From IMG/VR virus record IMGVR_UViG_3300042539_001740: a stretch of 64,000 nt of DNA. The stretch is one strand, 5' to 3'. Shown one piece after another: positions 30,346 to 40,498 of the stretch. Positions within the stretch are counted from its first letter, which is position 1. Each line of letters begins with the position of its first letter. The position numbers were made by a program, and so were the translations under genes. Origin of the DNA: a virus. Taxonomy: Duplodnaviria; Caudoviricetes. The notes beneath the pieces were generated by a model that was not told the origin of the DNA, made no database searches, and was given only the letters and a program-made list of their open reading frames with translations.

Positions 30346-31531
30346 ATATAAAATTTTTTAGTTCTTCAACTGAGTAAAACAATTTATAGTTTGGGTATTC
30401 TTTTAATGCAAATTGTTGTTTTACTAATACTTCCTCAGTTTCCCACCCCTTTAGTTCAATTAAAAAGATTTTACCATTGGCTAATTCAATGTAAAAATCA
30501 GGAACATAGTTTCTGTGTAGTCCATTATAAAAATATCTTATTCGAATACCATGTTTGTTCGTCCATCTTTTTATAAAATTAACTGAGTCAAAAAAAATCA
30601 TAGTTTCCAATTCATATGAGGATGAATATAAAAAGGTTTCATTTTCCTTTGATTCATATTTTCCTGTTTTATATTTGTTACTTGTATTACTTAATTTACC
30701 TGTACTATATAATTCAGAAATAATTTTTGACATATTTTCCCTAAACTCTTTTCCTTTTTCACATCTACCATCACCCAACACTTTTACGATTGATTTGATT
30801 GTTTTTTGTCTATACTCCTCATTTTCCCATCTTTCTTTTGATGTTTTTGATATTTTTTTTATTCTATCTTCAGATTTGACCCACTCTTTAAATTTTTCAC
30901 TTTTATGCCAATTGGTAAAACCTGAATAGATTTCGGGTGTTTCTTTATGTCTCTTTTTTATAATATTAGACATTTTATTTTTGAATTCAGATTTATTATG
31001 GGATACTTGTCTAGATTTTGTCATTTTTTGTTTATATTCAGTATCACTCCATTTAGTTTTTTGTTTCTCTGAAAATATTGTTGCATATTCTTTTGATTTA
31101 ACTAAATTACCTGGATATAACTCTTTGTATTCTTTTGAGGTTAATTTATGTTCAAATTTTAAATGTTCAACAATTGAATATTGTTTTTCAATCCCACAAA
31201 TTTTACATTTTACTGACATACTTATTATCTTTATTGATAAATAGTATCTTGGTTAAAAAAATACAATTATCTCATCATTTTCTTGTAAATCTTTGGCCAA
31301 AACAATCCCTTTATTTGTATAAATTTCTGAATTGGGGGTTACCTCAAGTACACCTTCTTCAGTCTCAATTTTCAATATATCTTGTACATTAGTGTCAAAA
31401 ATTTTAAGAACAATATCTTTTTCAATTTCTAAACTTTTTTCATTGAATGAAAATACTATATCATTTATTTTTAAATCCTTAATATGTTTTTCACCATTTA
31501 TAGTTAAAATTTTCATATCTTCAGAAAAACA
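30238..31531 (-). mobile_element. Split intein plus free-standing endonuclease ('fractured gene' element)
   Basis: IntN 31256-31531, endonuclease 30326-31219, IntC 30238-30345; removal restores PGTVD-CGYLGE. Confidence 0.85.
30326..31219 (-). CDS. Free-standing putative homing endonuclease (zinc finger, basic repeats, TnsA-like PD-(D/E)XK domain)
   Basis: CKIC...H...H; YSSSYE...YVPDF...IELKG; lies between the two dUTPase halves. Confidence 0.75.
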   Translation of the reverse strand: MSVKCKICGIEKQYSIVEHLKFEHKLTSKEYKELYPGNLVKSKEYATIFSEKQKTKWSDTEYKQKMTKSRQVSHNKSEFKNKMSNIIKKRHKETPEIYSGFTNWHKSEKFKEWVKSEDRIKKISKTSKERWENEEYRQKTIKSIVKVLGDGRCEKGKEFRENMSKIISELYSTGKLSNTSNKYKTGKYESKENETFLYSSSYELETMIFFDSVNFIKRWTNKHGIRIRYFYNGLHRNYVPDFYIELANGKIFLIELKGWETEEVLVKQQFALKEYPNYKLFYSVEELKNFIYENNED

Positions 31532-31930
31532 ATCCACAGTTCCTGGTGAATTTAATACAAATAAACCCTGATTTATTGCTAAACCACTTTTTGACCTTAC
31601 TTGTATTTCATAACCATCTTTGATGTCAAAGGCCAATCCTGTTGGTATTAAAGCTCTACCTAATGGGTTTACAACAATTTCTTCTGTTGAGTACAAGTCA
31701 AAGCCTGAGTCACTTATATAATTGTAACTAGGGTCAATAGCATCGGGATTAAGTTTAGTGTAACCAAGTATTTGTTTGGGGACATAATTCAACATTTCTT
31801 GTTCTAGTTGTTTAATGTCAACTCCATAAGTTTCATAGATAATATTGTAATCTATTTCATCTTCCTTTCCTTTTAAATAATTTTGTAAATCATCGACTTG
31901 TTTAAACAAATCTTTCATATTTCCTTGCAT
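31253..31930 (-). CDS. dut: Split dUTPase, N-terminal part: N-extein (133 aa) plus IntN (92 aa)
   Basis: DSGFDL, RSKSGLA, NSPGTVD/CFSEDMKILT...; ends in intein block B-like sequence followed by a stop codon. Confidence 0.9.
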   Translation of the reverse strand: MQGNMKDLFKQVDDLQNYLKGKEDEIDYNIIYETYGVDIKQLEQEMLNYVPKQILGYTKLNPDAIDPSYNYISDSGFDLYSTEEIVVNPLGRALIPTGLAFDIKDGYEIQVRSKSGLAINQGLFVLNSPGTVDCFSEDMKILTINGEKHIKDLKINDIVFSFNEKSLEIEKDIVLKIFDTNVQDILKIETEEGVLEVTPNSEIYTNKGIVLAKDLQENDEIIVFF

Positions 31931-32643
31931 TATCTGAGTTCTTTTAACTTTTTAATTATTTGAATTAAGACATCAACATCTTTTTCACAATATTCACTAA
32001 TACCCTTGATGTTTTGTTTTTCCCAATATTCTGAGTGAACTTTATCACCTTTTACCTCACCATCCTTTGGAGTTGGTATATCCATAGTAGAACATAATAA
32101 ATCGAGTGACCCAATTGAAGAATATGCCCCATATTGCCAAATTTCTTTGGTATCAATTGCTTTGATTTCCCAAGGTTTTGTATCATATGATGGAAGAAGT
32201 GCCGGAGGCATCAATCCATTAATAATCATACGTTTTGCCAACATTGGGATATCAAAGTTTTTCAAATTATGTCCACACAACCAAAAATCTAACTTTGCAC
32301 ATTTGTTTAATAAACCTTGAACATCTTTCAACAATTGATGTTCATTATCATTTGAAAATGTTTGTTTTCTAACAGACCCATCATCTAAAACAAATGCAAA
32401 ACTAACACAAATAATTTTTGCAAATTCAGGAACTAAACCAGCTCTACTTGAAAATACAATATTTTTTTGGTCTTCTTTAATTTCGTTATCTTCAGGAAAC
32501 CTTTTCAAGAACCAATCAAAATATTTGTCAAATTGGTCAGCCACAGATGGGTTTAAATTAGAACACACATCATAGTTGGGACAACCCCCAACTGTTTCAA
32601 TGTCCATAAATAAAATCTTAGTAATTGGTTGTTTGATTAACAT
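31930..32643 (-). CDS. DnaQ/PolB-type 3'-5' exonuclease
   Basis: MDIET, GHNLKNFDIP, YCEKDV (DEDD motifs). Confidence 0.85.
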   Translation of the reverse strand: MLIKQPITKILFMDIETVGGCPNYDVCSNLNPSVADQFDKYFDWFLKRFPEDNEIKEDQKNIVFSSRAGLVPEFAKIICVSFAFVLDDGSVRKQTFSNDNEHQLLKDVQGLLNKCAKLDFWLCGHNLKNFDIPMLAKRMIINGLMPPALLPSYDTKPWEIKAIDTKEIWQYGAYSSIGSLDLLCSTMDIPTPKDGEVKGDKVHSEYWEKQNIKGISEYCEKDVDVLIQIIKKLKELR

Positions 32644-32649
32644 ATATTT

Positions 32650-33864
32650 TTATTTAATTAGTGATTTGTACCATTGAGCTCTATCTCTTGTAACATTTCT
32701 TAAATCATATTTGTCTTTGACTGACTCATATAATCTCTCACCCAAATCTACGATTAAATTCGGATTATTTACAAGAAATTTAATATTTTTTGCCCAATCA
32801 CTATGATTTCTTTCTTCCTTAACTAACAAAGCATTTCCATCAGTAAAATTACCAAAACTTAAAGCGTGTTTGAGGTCAATTGTATAAGGTCCTACTTCAG
32901 ATGCAATTAATGCTTTTTTATAAAAACCAGCCTCAATAACTTTCAGTTGAGATTTTACTCTATTGAATATATGGTTTTTGATTGGTGCCATTGATATATC
33001 AAACTTTGAATAGTTAGTTGCATAAGTATTGATTGGTTTAGTCCAAACTCGTCTATATGGTAAATCACTTATATTTGGGTATTCTTCTTCTTTAAACTGA
33101 AGTAAAAATTGTTTGTAGTTATCATCAATTGTACCATATTTATTCGTGAAAATTTCTTCATATCTCGCCCAAACTGTTTCGTCAGGGTTGATTGGTCTTT
33201 GTTTCTTTTCACCTGTTTGTTGGTTTATTTCAGTAATTGTACCTCTTGTATCAAAACCACACAACACATATTGTACCTTATCCTTCAAAGATATATTCTT
33301 TGAGACAAATCCCTCTAACAATTTCAAGTCATGTAAGTGAGATGAACCACCTAACCAACCAATTCTTATTCTATCTGATTTCTCAGTAGGTTGTTTAAAT
33401 TGACTTTCAGTTGGGTCGATTGCATTTGGGAAAATGACAACATTTCTATTTAATTTTTTGATTTCATCAGCAAAGATATTTGTAGTTGTAGTAACATAAC
33501 TTGCAACTTTTAAATTTGCCATAATTTTCTCATGGATTTTGTCTTGTACAATCAATGTATGAATTGGGTGCTCCTTTCCTGGTAACCAATAATCATCCAA
33601 ATCTACAATAACAACAATACCTATTGATTTCAAAAAATTAATAATACTTGGTGTATGTTCGTAACTATTACCAATATTCCTATGTATATGAACAATTTGA
33701 TATTGTTTCCAATAATTTACATCATTAATTCTAGGTTGATAATCAATATCCACGTGGAAGTCATCTGGATACATATTTTGTAACATTACATGGGGGTCTA
33801 CACTTCTGAATTTTCCAACTCCGGTCGTGTCTGAGGGGGTTACTAGAACTCTAATTTTTGACAT
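32650..33864 (-). CDS. GT-B (GT4-like) glycosyltransferase
   Basis: VDLDDYW, RIGWLGGSSHLHDL, FNRVKSQLKVIEAG. Confidence 0.75.
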   Translation of the reverse strand: MSKIRVLVTPSDTTGVGKFRSVDPHVMLQNMYPDDFHVDIDYQPRINDVNYWKQYQIVHIHRNIGNSYEHTPSIINFLKSIGIVVIVDLDDYWLPGKEHPIHTLIVQDKIHEKIMANLKVASYVTTTTNIFADEIKKLNRNVVIFPNAIDPTESQFKQPTEKSDRIRIGWLGGSSHLHDLKLLEGFVSKNISLKDKVQYVLCGFDTRGTITEINQQTGEKKQRPINPDETVWARYEEIFTNKYGTIDDNYKQFLLQFKEEEYPNISDLPYRRVWTKPINTYATNYSKFDISMAPIKNHIFNRVKSQLKVIEAGFYKKALIASEVGPYTIDLKHALSFGNFTDGNALLVKEERNHSDWAKNIKFLVNNPNLIVDLGERLYESVKDKYDLRNVTRDRAQWYKSLIK

Positions 33865-34615
33865 ATTTTTTAATAATTTTGTTTAATTTTTTATCATCTG
33901 AGAATTCACGTTCCCAGATAACTTCTAAATTATAACCCATTTTTTTCAAATAATCAATTCTTAGTTTATCCTCGTCCCATATTTCTTTTGCTGTCTTTTT
34001 TTTGTGCGGGTGAAAATAATCAGATTTATATTTTTTGGGATTACAATGCCAATAATCACCATAAAATTCAATAATTAAATTGTATTTTTCAATAAAAATA
34101 TCACATATAAATCTATCAATAGACACAGTTCCTTTAGCATCTATTCCCCTATTTTTAATTTCACTCAACAATTTTTTTTCCAATTTAGACACACAACTTT
34201 GTTTTGGTGGATTTTCAGATATTTTTTTGGAAATTAAATCGAGTGTTTGTTTACTATGTTTTTTCCCATAAAAAGGATTTCCTTTACCTCTCTGTAATAA
34301 TAAACTACAAGATTTACAATTACTACTTTTTTTTATTGAGTTGTAATAATTACGACACAATACGGATTTATTTTTCGAGGTTTTTTGGAATTCGTTTTTA
34401 CACATCTTACACGTCCATGATAATGTAAATTTGTCACCAACTTCTTTTATTTTTAAACATTTACATCTATCTTTATACCTCGTTAGTTTGTGTTTTTTTA
34501 TTACAGCTAATATCGTAGGTTTAGATAACCCCACTTTACGTGAAATCATTACAGAACCCAACCCTTTTTTATATTCCTCTATTATAAATTTTTCAGTTTC
34601 AATGTCCATAATCAA
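33851..34615 (-). CDS. Vsr/DUF559-like putative homing endonuclease with a NUMOD3-like DNA-binding motif
   Basis: GKGNPFYGKKHS; SKLE...CDIFI...IIEFYGDYWHCNP. Confidence 0.8.
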   Translation of the reverse strand: MIMDIETEKFIIEEYKKGLGSVMISRKVGLSKPTILAVIKKHKLTRYKDRCKCLKIKEVGDKFTLSWTCKMCKNEFQKTSKNKSVLCRNYYNSIKKSSNCKSCSLLLQRGKGNPFYGKKHSKQTLDLISKKISENPPKQSCVSKLEKKLLSEIKNRGIDAKGTVSIDRFICDIFIEKYNLIIEFYGDYWHCNPKKYKSDYFHPHKKKTAKEIWDEDKLRIDYLKKMGYNLEVIWEREFSDDKKLNKIIKKYVKN

Positions 34616-34671
34616 TATATTTTATATTATATAAATATAAACGTTATGTCAAAAGGAAAGTATTACCCTCT

Positions 34672-34717
34672 AAAAAAACGAAACCCCACAACTTGAATTT
34701 CTTCAGGGGATGTGGGG
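34672..34717 (-). terminator. Intrinsic terminator downstream of 34742-35347
   Basis: CCCCACA / TGTGGGG outer stem, followed by a T-run on the minus strand. Confidence 0.55.
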
Positions 34718-34741
34718 AATAAGAATTATGAAAAAAATAAA

Positions 34742-35347
34742 TTATTTAACTTTTTTAATACGTGTTACTTTTCCTTCGAAAATGTGACTTCCAACTTTAA
34801 ATTGGAACATATCATTTGTTTTATTTGTACTTTCAACTAACAGACCATTTTCACCTAACACTTCTTCGATAGTTTCTCTAATTAAATCTTTTAGAACATT
34901 TTTATCCAAGTTGGATGTTACATTCTGTGATTTCGTTTCTTGTACAACTTTTTTTGGTTGGTATGGATTAACATTATTAGCAATGTCATTGTTCATTAAT
35001 CTTGCTGCTTTTTCAACCAATTCATTACTTAAAACTGAACCCCCACCACCCATATTGTTTGGTTGATTGATTGGATGTTCAATCATTAATCTTTTAATTT
35101 CATCAGGTAATTTAGATGATAGAATTCTATCCTTTGTATTTGTGTGTTGTGGTATTTGTTGTTTAGATTCATTAACACCCATAAATTCCTGAGGTATGTT
35201 GAATTTAGCTTGTGGTACGTCAAATTCTCTTACATTAGTATCAAAATTCATATTACCCCCACCATTTGTATTTCTAGGGGTCTGATTATGACGTTCCATA
35301 ATCTTTTTAGATATAGCTAATTTGTTCATTAAATCATTTTCGTTCAT
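34742..35347 (-). CDS. Hypothetical protein
   Basis: Clean ORF. Confidence 0.75.
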   Translation of the reverse strand: MNENDLMNKLAISKKIMERHNQTPRNTNGGGNMNFDTNVREFDVPQAKFNIPQEFMGVNESKQQIPQHTNTKDRILSSKLPDEIKRLMIEHPINQPNNMGGGGSVLSNELVEKAARLMNNDIANNVNPYQPKKVVQETKSQNVTSNLDKNVLKDLIRETIEEVLGENGLLVESTNKTNDMFQFKVGSHIFEGKVTRIKKVK

Positions 35348-35356
35348 ATAATATTT

Positions 35357-35740
35357 TTAATCAAATTTGGCATTTATTATAACTCTATTCATAGATTTGT
35401 CTCCACTTGGATTATAGTTGGGTCTAGGAGTTTCAAAATTATTTCCTGTTGGTGTTAATGACATAATCCTATCCAATCTAAAAAGTCGCCAACTTGGTAG
35501 TGGTTTTTCTCCTTTGAATCCTCTATGGGAAGCTCCCTCCAAATCCCAAGCTCTAAGAACTGGATTACCTTTTTTTGAATAACCAAAACATACGGGTTCG
35601 ATTTCTCTTAAACCACGTCCACCTGGTTCTTCTCCATCATAATAAATAATAACTCTATTTTTATTTCTAATTGAGTTAATTACGGATTCGATAGAAGCTA
35701 CTTCTAAAATAAGATTTTTGGTTATGTTGTAAAGTTTCAT
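35357..35740 (-). CDS. Stand-alone WYL-domain protein
   Basis: IYYDG...REIEPVCFG...LRAW...WRLFRLDRI. Confidence 0.8.
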   Translation of the reverse strand: MKLYNITKNLILEVASIESVINSIRNKNRVIIYYDGEEPGGRGLREIEPVCFGYSKKGNPVLRAWDLEGASHRGFKGEKPLPSWRLFRLDRIMSLTPTGNNFETPRPNYNPSGDKSMNRVIINAKFD

Positions 35741-36033
35741 TACGCTGGTGGAGTTGTATAAGGTTTGTTTACTTGATACTCGTTCACTTTGATTTCATTT
35801 TTTCTTTCAACAATGTCAGTACGAGTTCCAATGTTTTGATTATAAACATCTAAGAAATTACCAGTACCTCTACCTTTTTCGTCACCATCAGATAAAGCAT
35901 TTGGATTAACTGAAGAATATTGATTATTCGTTGCATAATCATTTTTGGGAAAAAGTTTTTTTCTTTCAGCTTCAGCGATTCTTGACAACTCATTATCAGG
36001 TTGTGCAAAACTTAAAGGTTCTACTTGAGCCAT
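35740..36033 (-). CDS. Hypothetical protein
   Basis: ORF coupled to its neighbours. Confidence 0.7.
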   Translation of the reverse strand: MAQVEPLSFAQPDNELSRIAEAERKKLFPKNDYATNNQYSSVNPNALSDGDEKGRGTGNFLDVYNQNIGTRTDIVERKNEIKVNEYQVNKPYTTPPA

Positions 36034-36034
36034 A

Positions 36035-36505
36035 TTAAATTAATTTTTTTATTAAATCATTTATCCTTTTAAGGTCTTCAGTTACTTGTAAATTATATTT
36101 TTCCAAGGTATTTGAATGACTTTTACTTGGTCTATTAGTTGTTGTGAGATTATTTTTTTGATGTGGTTGTATGTATTGATTTGGTAAAACAACTGATTTT
36201 ATTTCTTTTCCTAATGAAATATCATCTCTCATCGATTTCAACATATTATTTACCCAACCTTTAACATAGTGACCACCATTTAAAATAAAAGGTAAATCAT
36301 TCTGATGTCCGTTAAAATTATCAAAGAAGTTCTTCATTCTTTTGAGTTGTTGATATGTTACAAATCCGGTATCTCTGAGTTCTCTATTTCTTCTAAATCC
36401 TTCTGTACTTTCATCGGCACCAATAGCATTATCATTACATTGTTTAAGATAAACAATAACGTCTTCAGGTAATTCTATTTTTTTGCCGTATAAATCTTTA
36501 TTCAC
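36035..36505 (-). CDS. Hypothetical protein
   Basis: ORF coupled to its neighbours. Confidence 0.7.
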   Translation of the reverse strand: MNKDLYGKKIELPEDVIVYLKQCNDNAIGADESTEGFRRNRELRDTGFVTYQQLKRMKNFFDNFNGHQNDLPFILNGGHYVKGWVNNMLKSMRDDISLGKEIKSVVLPNQYIQPHQKNNLTTTNRPSKSHSNTLEKYNLQVTEDLKRINDLIKKLI

Positions 36506-37298
36506 TTTTTTTCAAAACATTAATTAGTTTATTCAAACTTATACCTTCTTTTTTTGCTAATTTTTTGATACTTTCTAAGTTCTTAATTAAAATTTTAGAT
36601 AAACTATCAACTTTCTCAATAACTTCACCATCACTACCCCCCAACTTATTAGTTATAATATCTTCGACCATTTTAACCATTTTGTTTTTCTTTTCTTCTT
36701 CAATTTCTTTTTCGGTCAATCTTTGTTTTAATTTTCCTTTTCTTTTTTTTACATTTGGAATTTTACCTAGTTGTTTTGTTCTTTGAATTCTTTCTTCAGG
36801 GTCTTCCACACCCATCTTCTTAAAAGTTTTAAGTGTTTCTTTGAAATCCTTATTTTTAGTTTCTTCATATCCAAAAGCATCGGACATATTTTCTTCGTCA
36901 ATAACTTCACCATCTTTATTTTCACTTTCACCATAATAAACACGATATCCTCTTGTAACTGGGTCGTTTGATATTCTTGCAGCAACCACTGTTTGGTCCA
37001 TAGTTTTTTTAGGTGTAAGATACTGATTCAAAAAAGGAATCTTAGAACTTAAAAAAGTACCATCAGTGTCAATCAACTCATCTATTTCTTTTTTGGAATA
37101 TTTTTTTCTTGATTTGGTTATTTTTTCAACTTTACTGACAACATTTTTTAAGTTTTCTTTTTTAAATTTTTTCTTAGTTGGTTTTTTGTCTTCAGTTAAT
37201 AAATTGTAGGTTGTATAGGTCAACGAAAAGTTTTCCCCATCACCTTCGATAATGAAGTGATAATGGTCATTGAAATATTCTTTTCTGAATTTGTTCAT
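36498..37298 (-). CDS. Hypothetical Lys/Glu-rich protein
   Basis: ORF preceded by a TATTTAT motif. Confidence 0.7.
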   Translation of the reverse strand: MNKFRKEYFNDHYHFIIEGDGENFSLTYTTYNLLTEDKKPTKKKFKKENLKNVVSKVEKITKSRKKYSKKEIDELIDTDGTFLSSKIPFLNQYLTPKKTMDQTVVAARISNDPVTRGYRVYYGESENKDGEVIDEENMSDAFGYEETKNKDFKETLKTFKKMGVEDPEERIQRTKQLGKIPNVKKRKGKLKQRLTEKEIEEEKKNKMVKMVEDIITNKLGGSDGEVIEKVDSLSKILIKNLESIKKLAKKEGISLNKLINVLKKSE

Positions 37299-37312
37299 TA
37301 GTAATTTTTCTT

Positions 37313-37341
37313 AATAAATACTTCGTATCAAAGTATTTATT
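37313..37341. promoter_or_regulatory. Back-to-back putative late-promoter motifs at a divergence point
   Basis: Perfect 11-bp inverted repeat AATAAATACTT-N7-AAGTATTTATT between divergent genes. Confidence 0.55.
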
Positions 37342-37351
37342 CTAAAAAAGA

Positions 37352-39502
37352 ATGTCATATCAAAACATAAATCAGTTTAACCCATCAAATTGGTTTTTGA
37401 AGCTATCATTGGAGACACAAGATATGTCTCTTACTTCTGATGAAGTAAATTTTAACCAAGAGGTTGTTTTTTCACCATATTTGATTGCTCAAACATATGG
37501 TAACAGATTACCTTTTTATTTTGATATTAATAGTACGGCATCCACTCAAAATTTAATTTTGACGTACAAAAATTATAATTTCAATAATGTTTTTATTTCT
37601 GAAAACTACTATAACCCAAAAAATGAAGTTTTAAGTTGTCAATTGTCAGGTTCATCTTGTGACATTGGTTTGACAGGAATTGACAATGGTTTGGTTACTG
37701 GTATGTCAGCACAAACTATTGTTTTCACAGATGGTCTATTGCCAAGTAATTTAGAATTCAACAGATTGTATTTTGATAGAAGATTGAAGTTACACCAAGT
37801 TACAGGATTTACATCTACCAACTTGAGATTTTCAGGTTTCGATAAAAATATTTTGTATGAAGTTGTAAGTAAGGAAAGTCCATATGTCGGAAGATACCAC
37901 GAATTATATGGTGGGTTTTATCAAGGTTTTTATAAGTTATTTGGTTACGACTACAATATTTTCCCTGAACGAATGAACAAGGGATGGGCTGTTGAATTAC
38001 TTTTGAAACCAAGATTAACAAATGAGTTTTCAGGTACAACTGGTGAAACAACCCTAAATGAAATATATCCAAACAATAAAAATATATTCTTTTACATAGG
38101 AACAAGAGCCGAAAACAAATTCTATCACCACGCAGATGGAAGTCCTATTTGTGATTCAGGTTATACAAGAGTAACATCAGGTTTAACTAAACTTCAAACT
38201 TGTGCTTGTTGTAATTACAACATTACAAATAGTAGATGTATATATGTTTATCCCCCTCGTTCAGTAAATGGTGTACACGACCCTCATGTCAATTACGGAT
38301 GTGATAAGTGTGGTGGTCACCCTGAAACAAAGATTAGTTGTGGTTGTGGATGTAATGAGTTGGCTTGTCAAACTTGTGGATGGGAATGTCAAACACATAC
38401 TTGTGATGTTACTATACCAGTAACTCCGACACCTACACCAACACCAAGTCCAACACCATCTTGTAATCCTTTCCCACCACAAACAACTTGTACACCTACT
38501 TGTACAAATTGTAATGATTGTTCGTCTTGTAATGATTGTACGACATCAGGGTTTACATCTATTGAGGACACTTGCGAGAAGAATCCATTGTTGGATACAA
38601 TGTCGAATGCTTTGGCCATAAAATTATGTGGTGACCCTAAGAATCCTGGTATTGGGATTAGATTTTTAAGATTTACAGGTGGATGTGAAACTACGGGTAC
38701 TTGTACAACTGGTATTACATATACAACTGGTTATACAATAACAGAAATATGTACACCACCGATATATCCAACTTGTTTACAAGTAAATCCTGCTTGGTTG
38801 GATTTGGAACATTGGTTTCAGGTTGATGTTGTTTGGGAAAGATATAATTTCTTGGATGAGTGTGATTTATATTGGAGAGGTGGATTGGGTGACATAACTA
38901 AAAAGTTATTTTTGGAGGGATTGGTAAATAATTCTGTATCGTTGATTGCTCCACCATACACAAGAAATGAAACTGCTTTACAAGTTGAGTTGATTAACTT
39001 GAATGAGAAGTGGTTACAAGAGGGTAAATATAGAAAAGGTAGGTTGAAGATTTATGTTAATGGTAAGATATTTTATACAATAGAGGACTTTGAGGAGATT
39101 ATACCTAGAGCTTTGAACACTGATAAAGAAAAACAAGTTGGTGTTCCATTTAATATATCTTGGGGTGGTGGTACACAAGGATTGAGGGAGAACTTAACAT
39201 TTACATCATTAAGTAATCCTGATGGTCCTTATCAACAAGACCCTGAATGTTTTCCAATTAATGATTTAAGTGGAACAACATTGAGTGGGTTAAATACAAA
39301 TATATTAATTGAACAAAACTTTGCTGGTACATTTGAGGGGGCAATATCTCAATTGAGAATGTATGTTACTCCATTATCAGCACCAGAAGTGAAACATAAC
39401 TTCAATTTGTTAAAAACTCAGTTTCAAATGTTTAATCCTGATTGTCCTGATTGTTCAACAATAGTTTGTGAACCTGATGATTTCACATTCACAATAAATT
39501 AA
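37352..39502 (+). CDS. Virion structural protein with a Cys-rich insert, a Pro-Thr tract and a possible ConA/LamG-like fold
   Basis: [35 protein letters not shown] resemble LamG-type strands. Confidence 0.65.
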   Translation: MSYQNINQFNPSNWFLKLSLETQDMSLTSDEVNFNQEVVFSPYLIAQTYGNRLPFYFDINSTASTQNLILTYKNYNFNNVFISENYYNPKNEVLSCQLSGSSCDIGLTGIDNGLVTGMSAQTIVFTDGLLPSNLEFNRLYFDRRLKLHQVTGFTSTNLRFSGFDKNILYEVVSKESPYVGRYHELYGGFYQGFYKLFGYDYNIFPERMNKGWAVELLLKPRLTNEFSGTTGETTLNEIYPNNKNIFFYIGTRAENKFYHHADGSPICDSGYTRVTSGLTKLQTCACCNYNITNSRCIYVYPPRSVNGVHDPHVNYGCDKCGGHPETKISCGCGCNELACQTCGWECQTHTCDVTIPVTPTPTPTPSPTPSCNPFPPQTTCTPTCTNCNDCSSCNDCTTSGFTSIEDTCEKNPLLDTMSNALAIKLCGDPKNPGIGIRFLRFTGGCETTGTCTTGITYTTGYTITEICTPPIYPTCLQVNPAWLDLEHWFQVDVVWERYNFLDECDLYWRGGLGDITKKLFLEGLVNNSVSLIAPPYTRNETALQVELINLNEKWLQEGKYRKGRLKIYVNGKIFYTIEDFEEIIPRALNTDKEKQVGVPFNISWGGGTQGLRENLTFTSLSNPDGPYQQDPECFPINDLSGTTLSGLNTNILIEQNFAGTFEGAISQLRMYVTPLSAPEVKHNFNLLKTQFQMFNPDCPDCSTIVCEPDDFTFTIN

Positions 39503-39519
39503 AAATATGTAATTATAGT

Positions 39520-40485
39520 ATGAGTCAATCAATAACAATTAGTAGTATAAATTATAGTGGGGAACAAACAAGTATTGTGTTTACACCACAAGGGACTACT
39601 AATGTGTTTAACTTGGGGGTTCAAACTCTACCTTACACATTTTCATCAAATACATTGACACCTCCACAAGAGATTTATGGGACTTATAGTATTTTATCAT
39701 TGAGTGGTGATTGTTTGAGTATTTTGAATGTACCAAGGCCAACACCAACCCCAACACCTACTATTACACCTACAAGGACTCAAACTCCAACTCCGACATC
39801 TACTGTCACACCAACACCGAGTTATGACCCTTGTAAAGTACCAACTCCGACACCAACAACGACACAAACACTTACACCGACACCAACGATATCTGTTACA
39901 CCAACAGTTACACCAAGTAGAAATCCTTGTGTAACTCCAAGTAAGACACCAACTGCGACACCTACACCTACTAAAACACCACCAACAACGGCAACACCAA
40001 CAGTTACACCTACTATAACACCGACTAATACACCAACGAATACGGTGACACCAACGACTACACCTACTACAACACCAACGGTGACACCTACGATTACACC
40101 AACATCAACTGTGACACCAACACCTTCAGTGAGTCCTTTAGGACCTGAATCACCAAAAATATATTATGGTAAGTTCAGTGGTTCGTCAATTACTTCAGGT
40201 GAAACGAGTGGATTAACTAGTGGTTATACAAGTAATCCTGTTAATAGTGCTGTTGTACTGCCAAGTGGTTCAAGTGGTGATTATGGATATATTTTAATAC
40301 CAACTGGTTTAACACAACCAAGTGAGTTTAGAGATAGTAGTGCGGGATGTTTAGGTAGTTTAATACCATTTAATAACATAGGTACGATAATTATAGTAGA
40401 CGCTAATGGGTTTAGCATAACATACAATGTATATAGGACATTCTTCCCATTTGTTGCAAGTGTGAGTGTGTGGTTATGTCCTTAA
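39520..40485 (+). CDS. Virion protein with a long mucin-like Thr-Pro domain
   Basis: About 135 aa of (T/S/V/I)-T-P repeats. Confidence 0.75.
   Translation: MSQSITISSINYSGEQTSIVFTPQGTTNVFNLGVQTLPYTFSSNTLTPPQEIYGTYSILSLSGDCLSILNVPRPTPTPTPTITPTRTQTPTPTSTVTPTPSYDPCKVPTPTPTTTQTLTPTPTISVTPTVTPSRNPCVTPSKTPTATPTPTKTPPTTATPTVTPTITPTNTPTNTVTPTTTPTTTPTVTPTITPTSTVTPTPSVSPLGPESPKIYYGKFSGSSITSGETSGLTSGYTSNPVNSAVVLPSGSSGDYGYILIPTGLTQPSEFRDSSAGCLGSLIPFNNIGTIIIVDANGFSITYNVYRTFFPFVASVSVWLCP
39733..40137 (+). repeat. Coding Thr-Pro low-complexity repeat
   Basis: ACACCAAC-rich degenerate tandem repeat. Confidence 0.9.
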
Positions 40486-40498
40486 AAATTAAATAATA

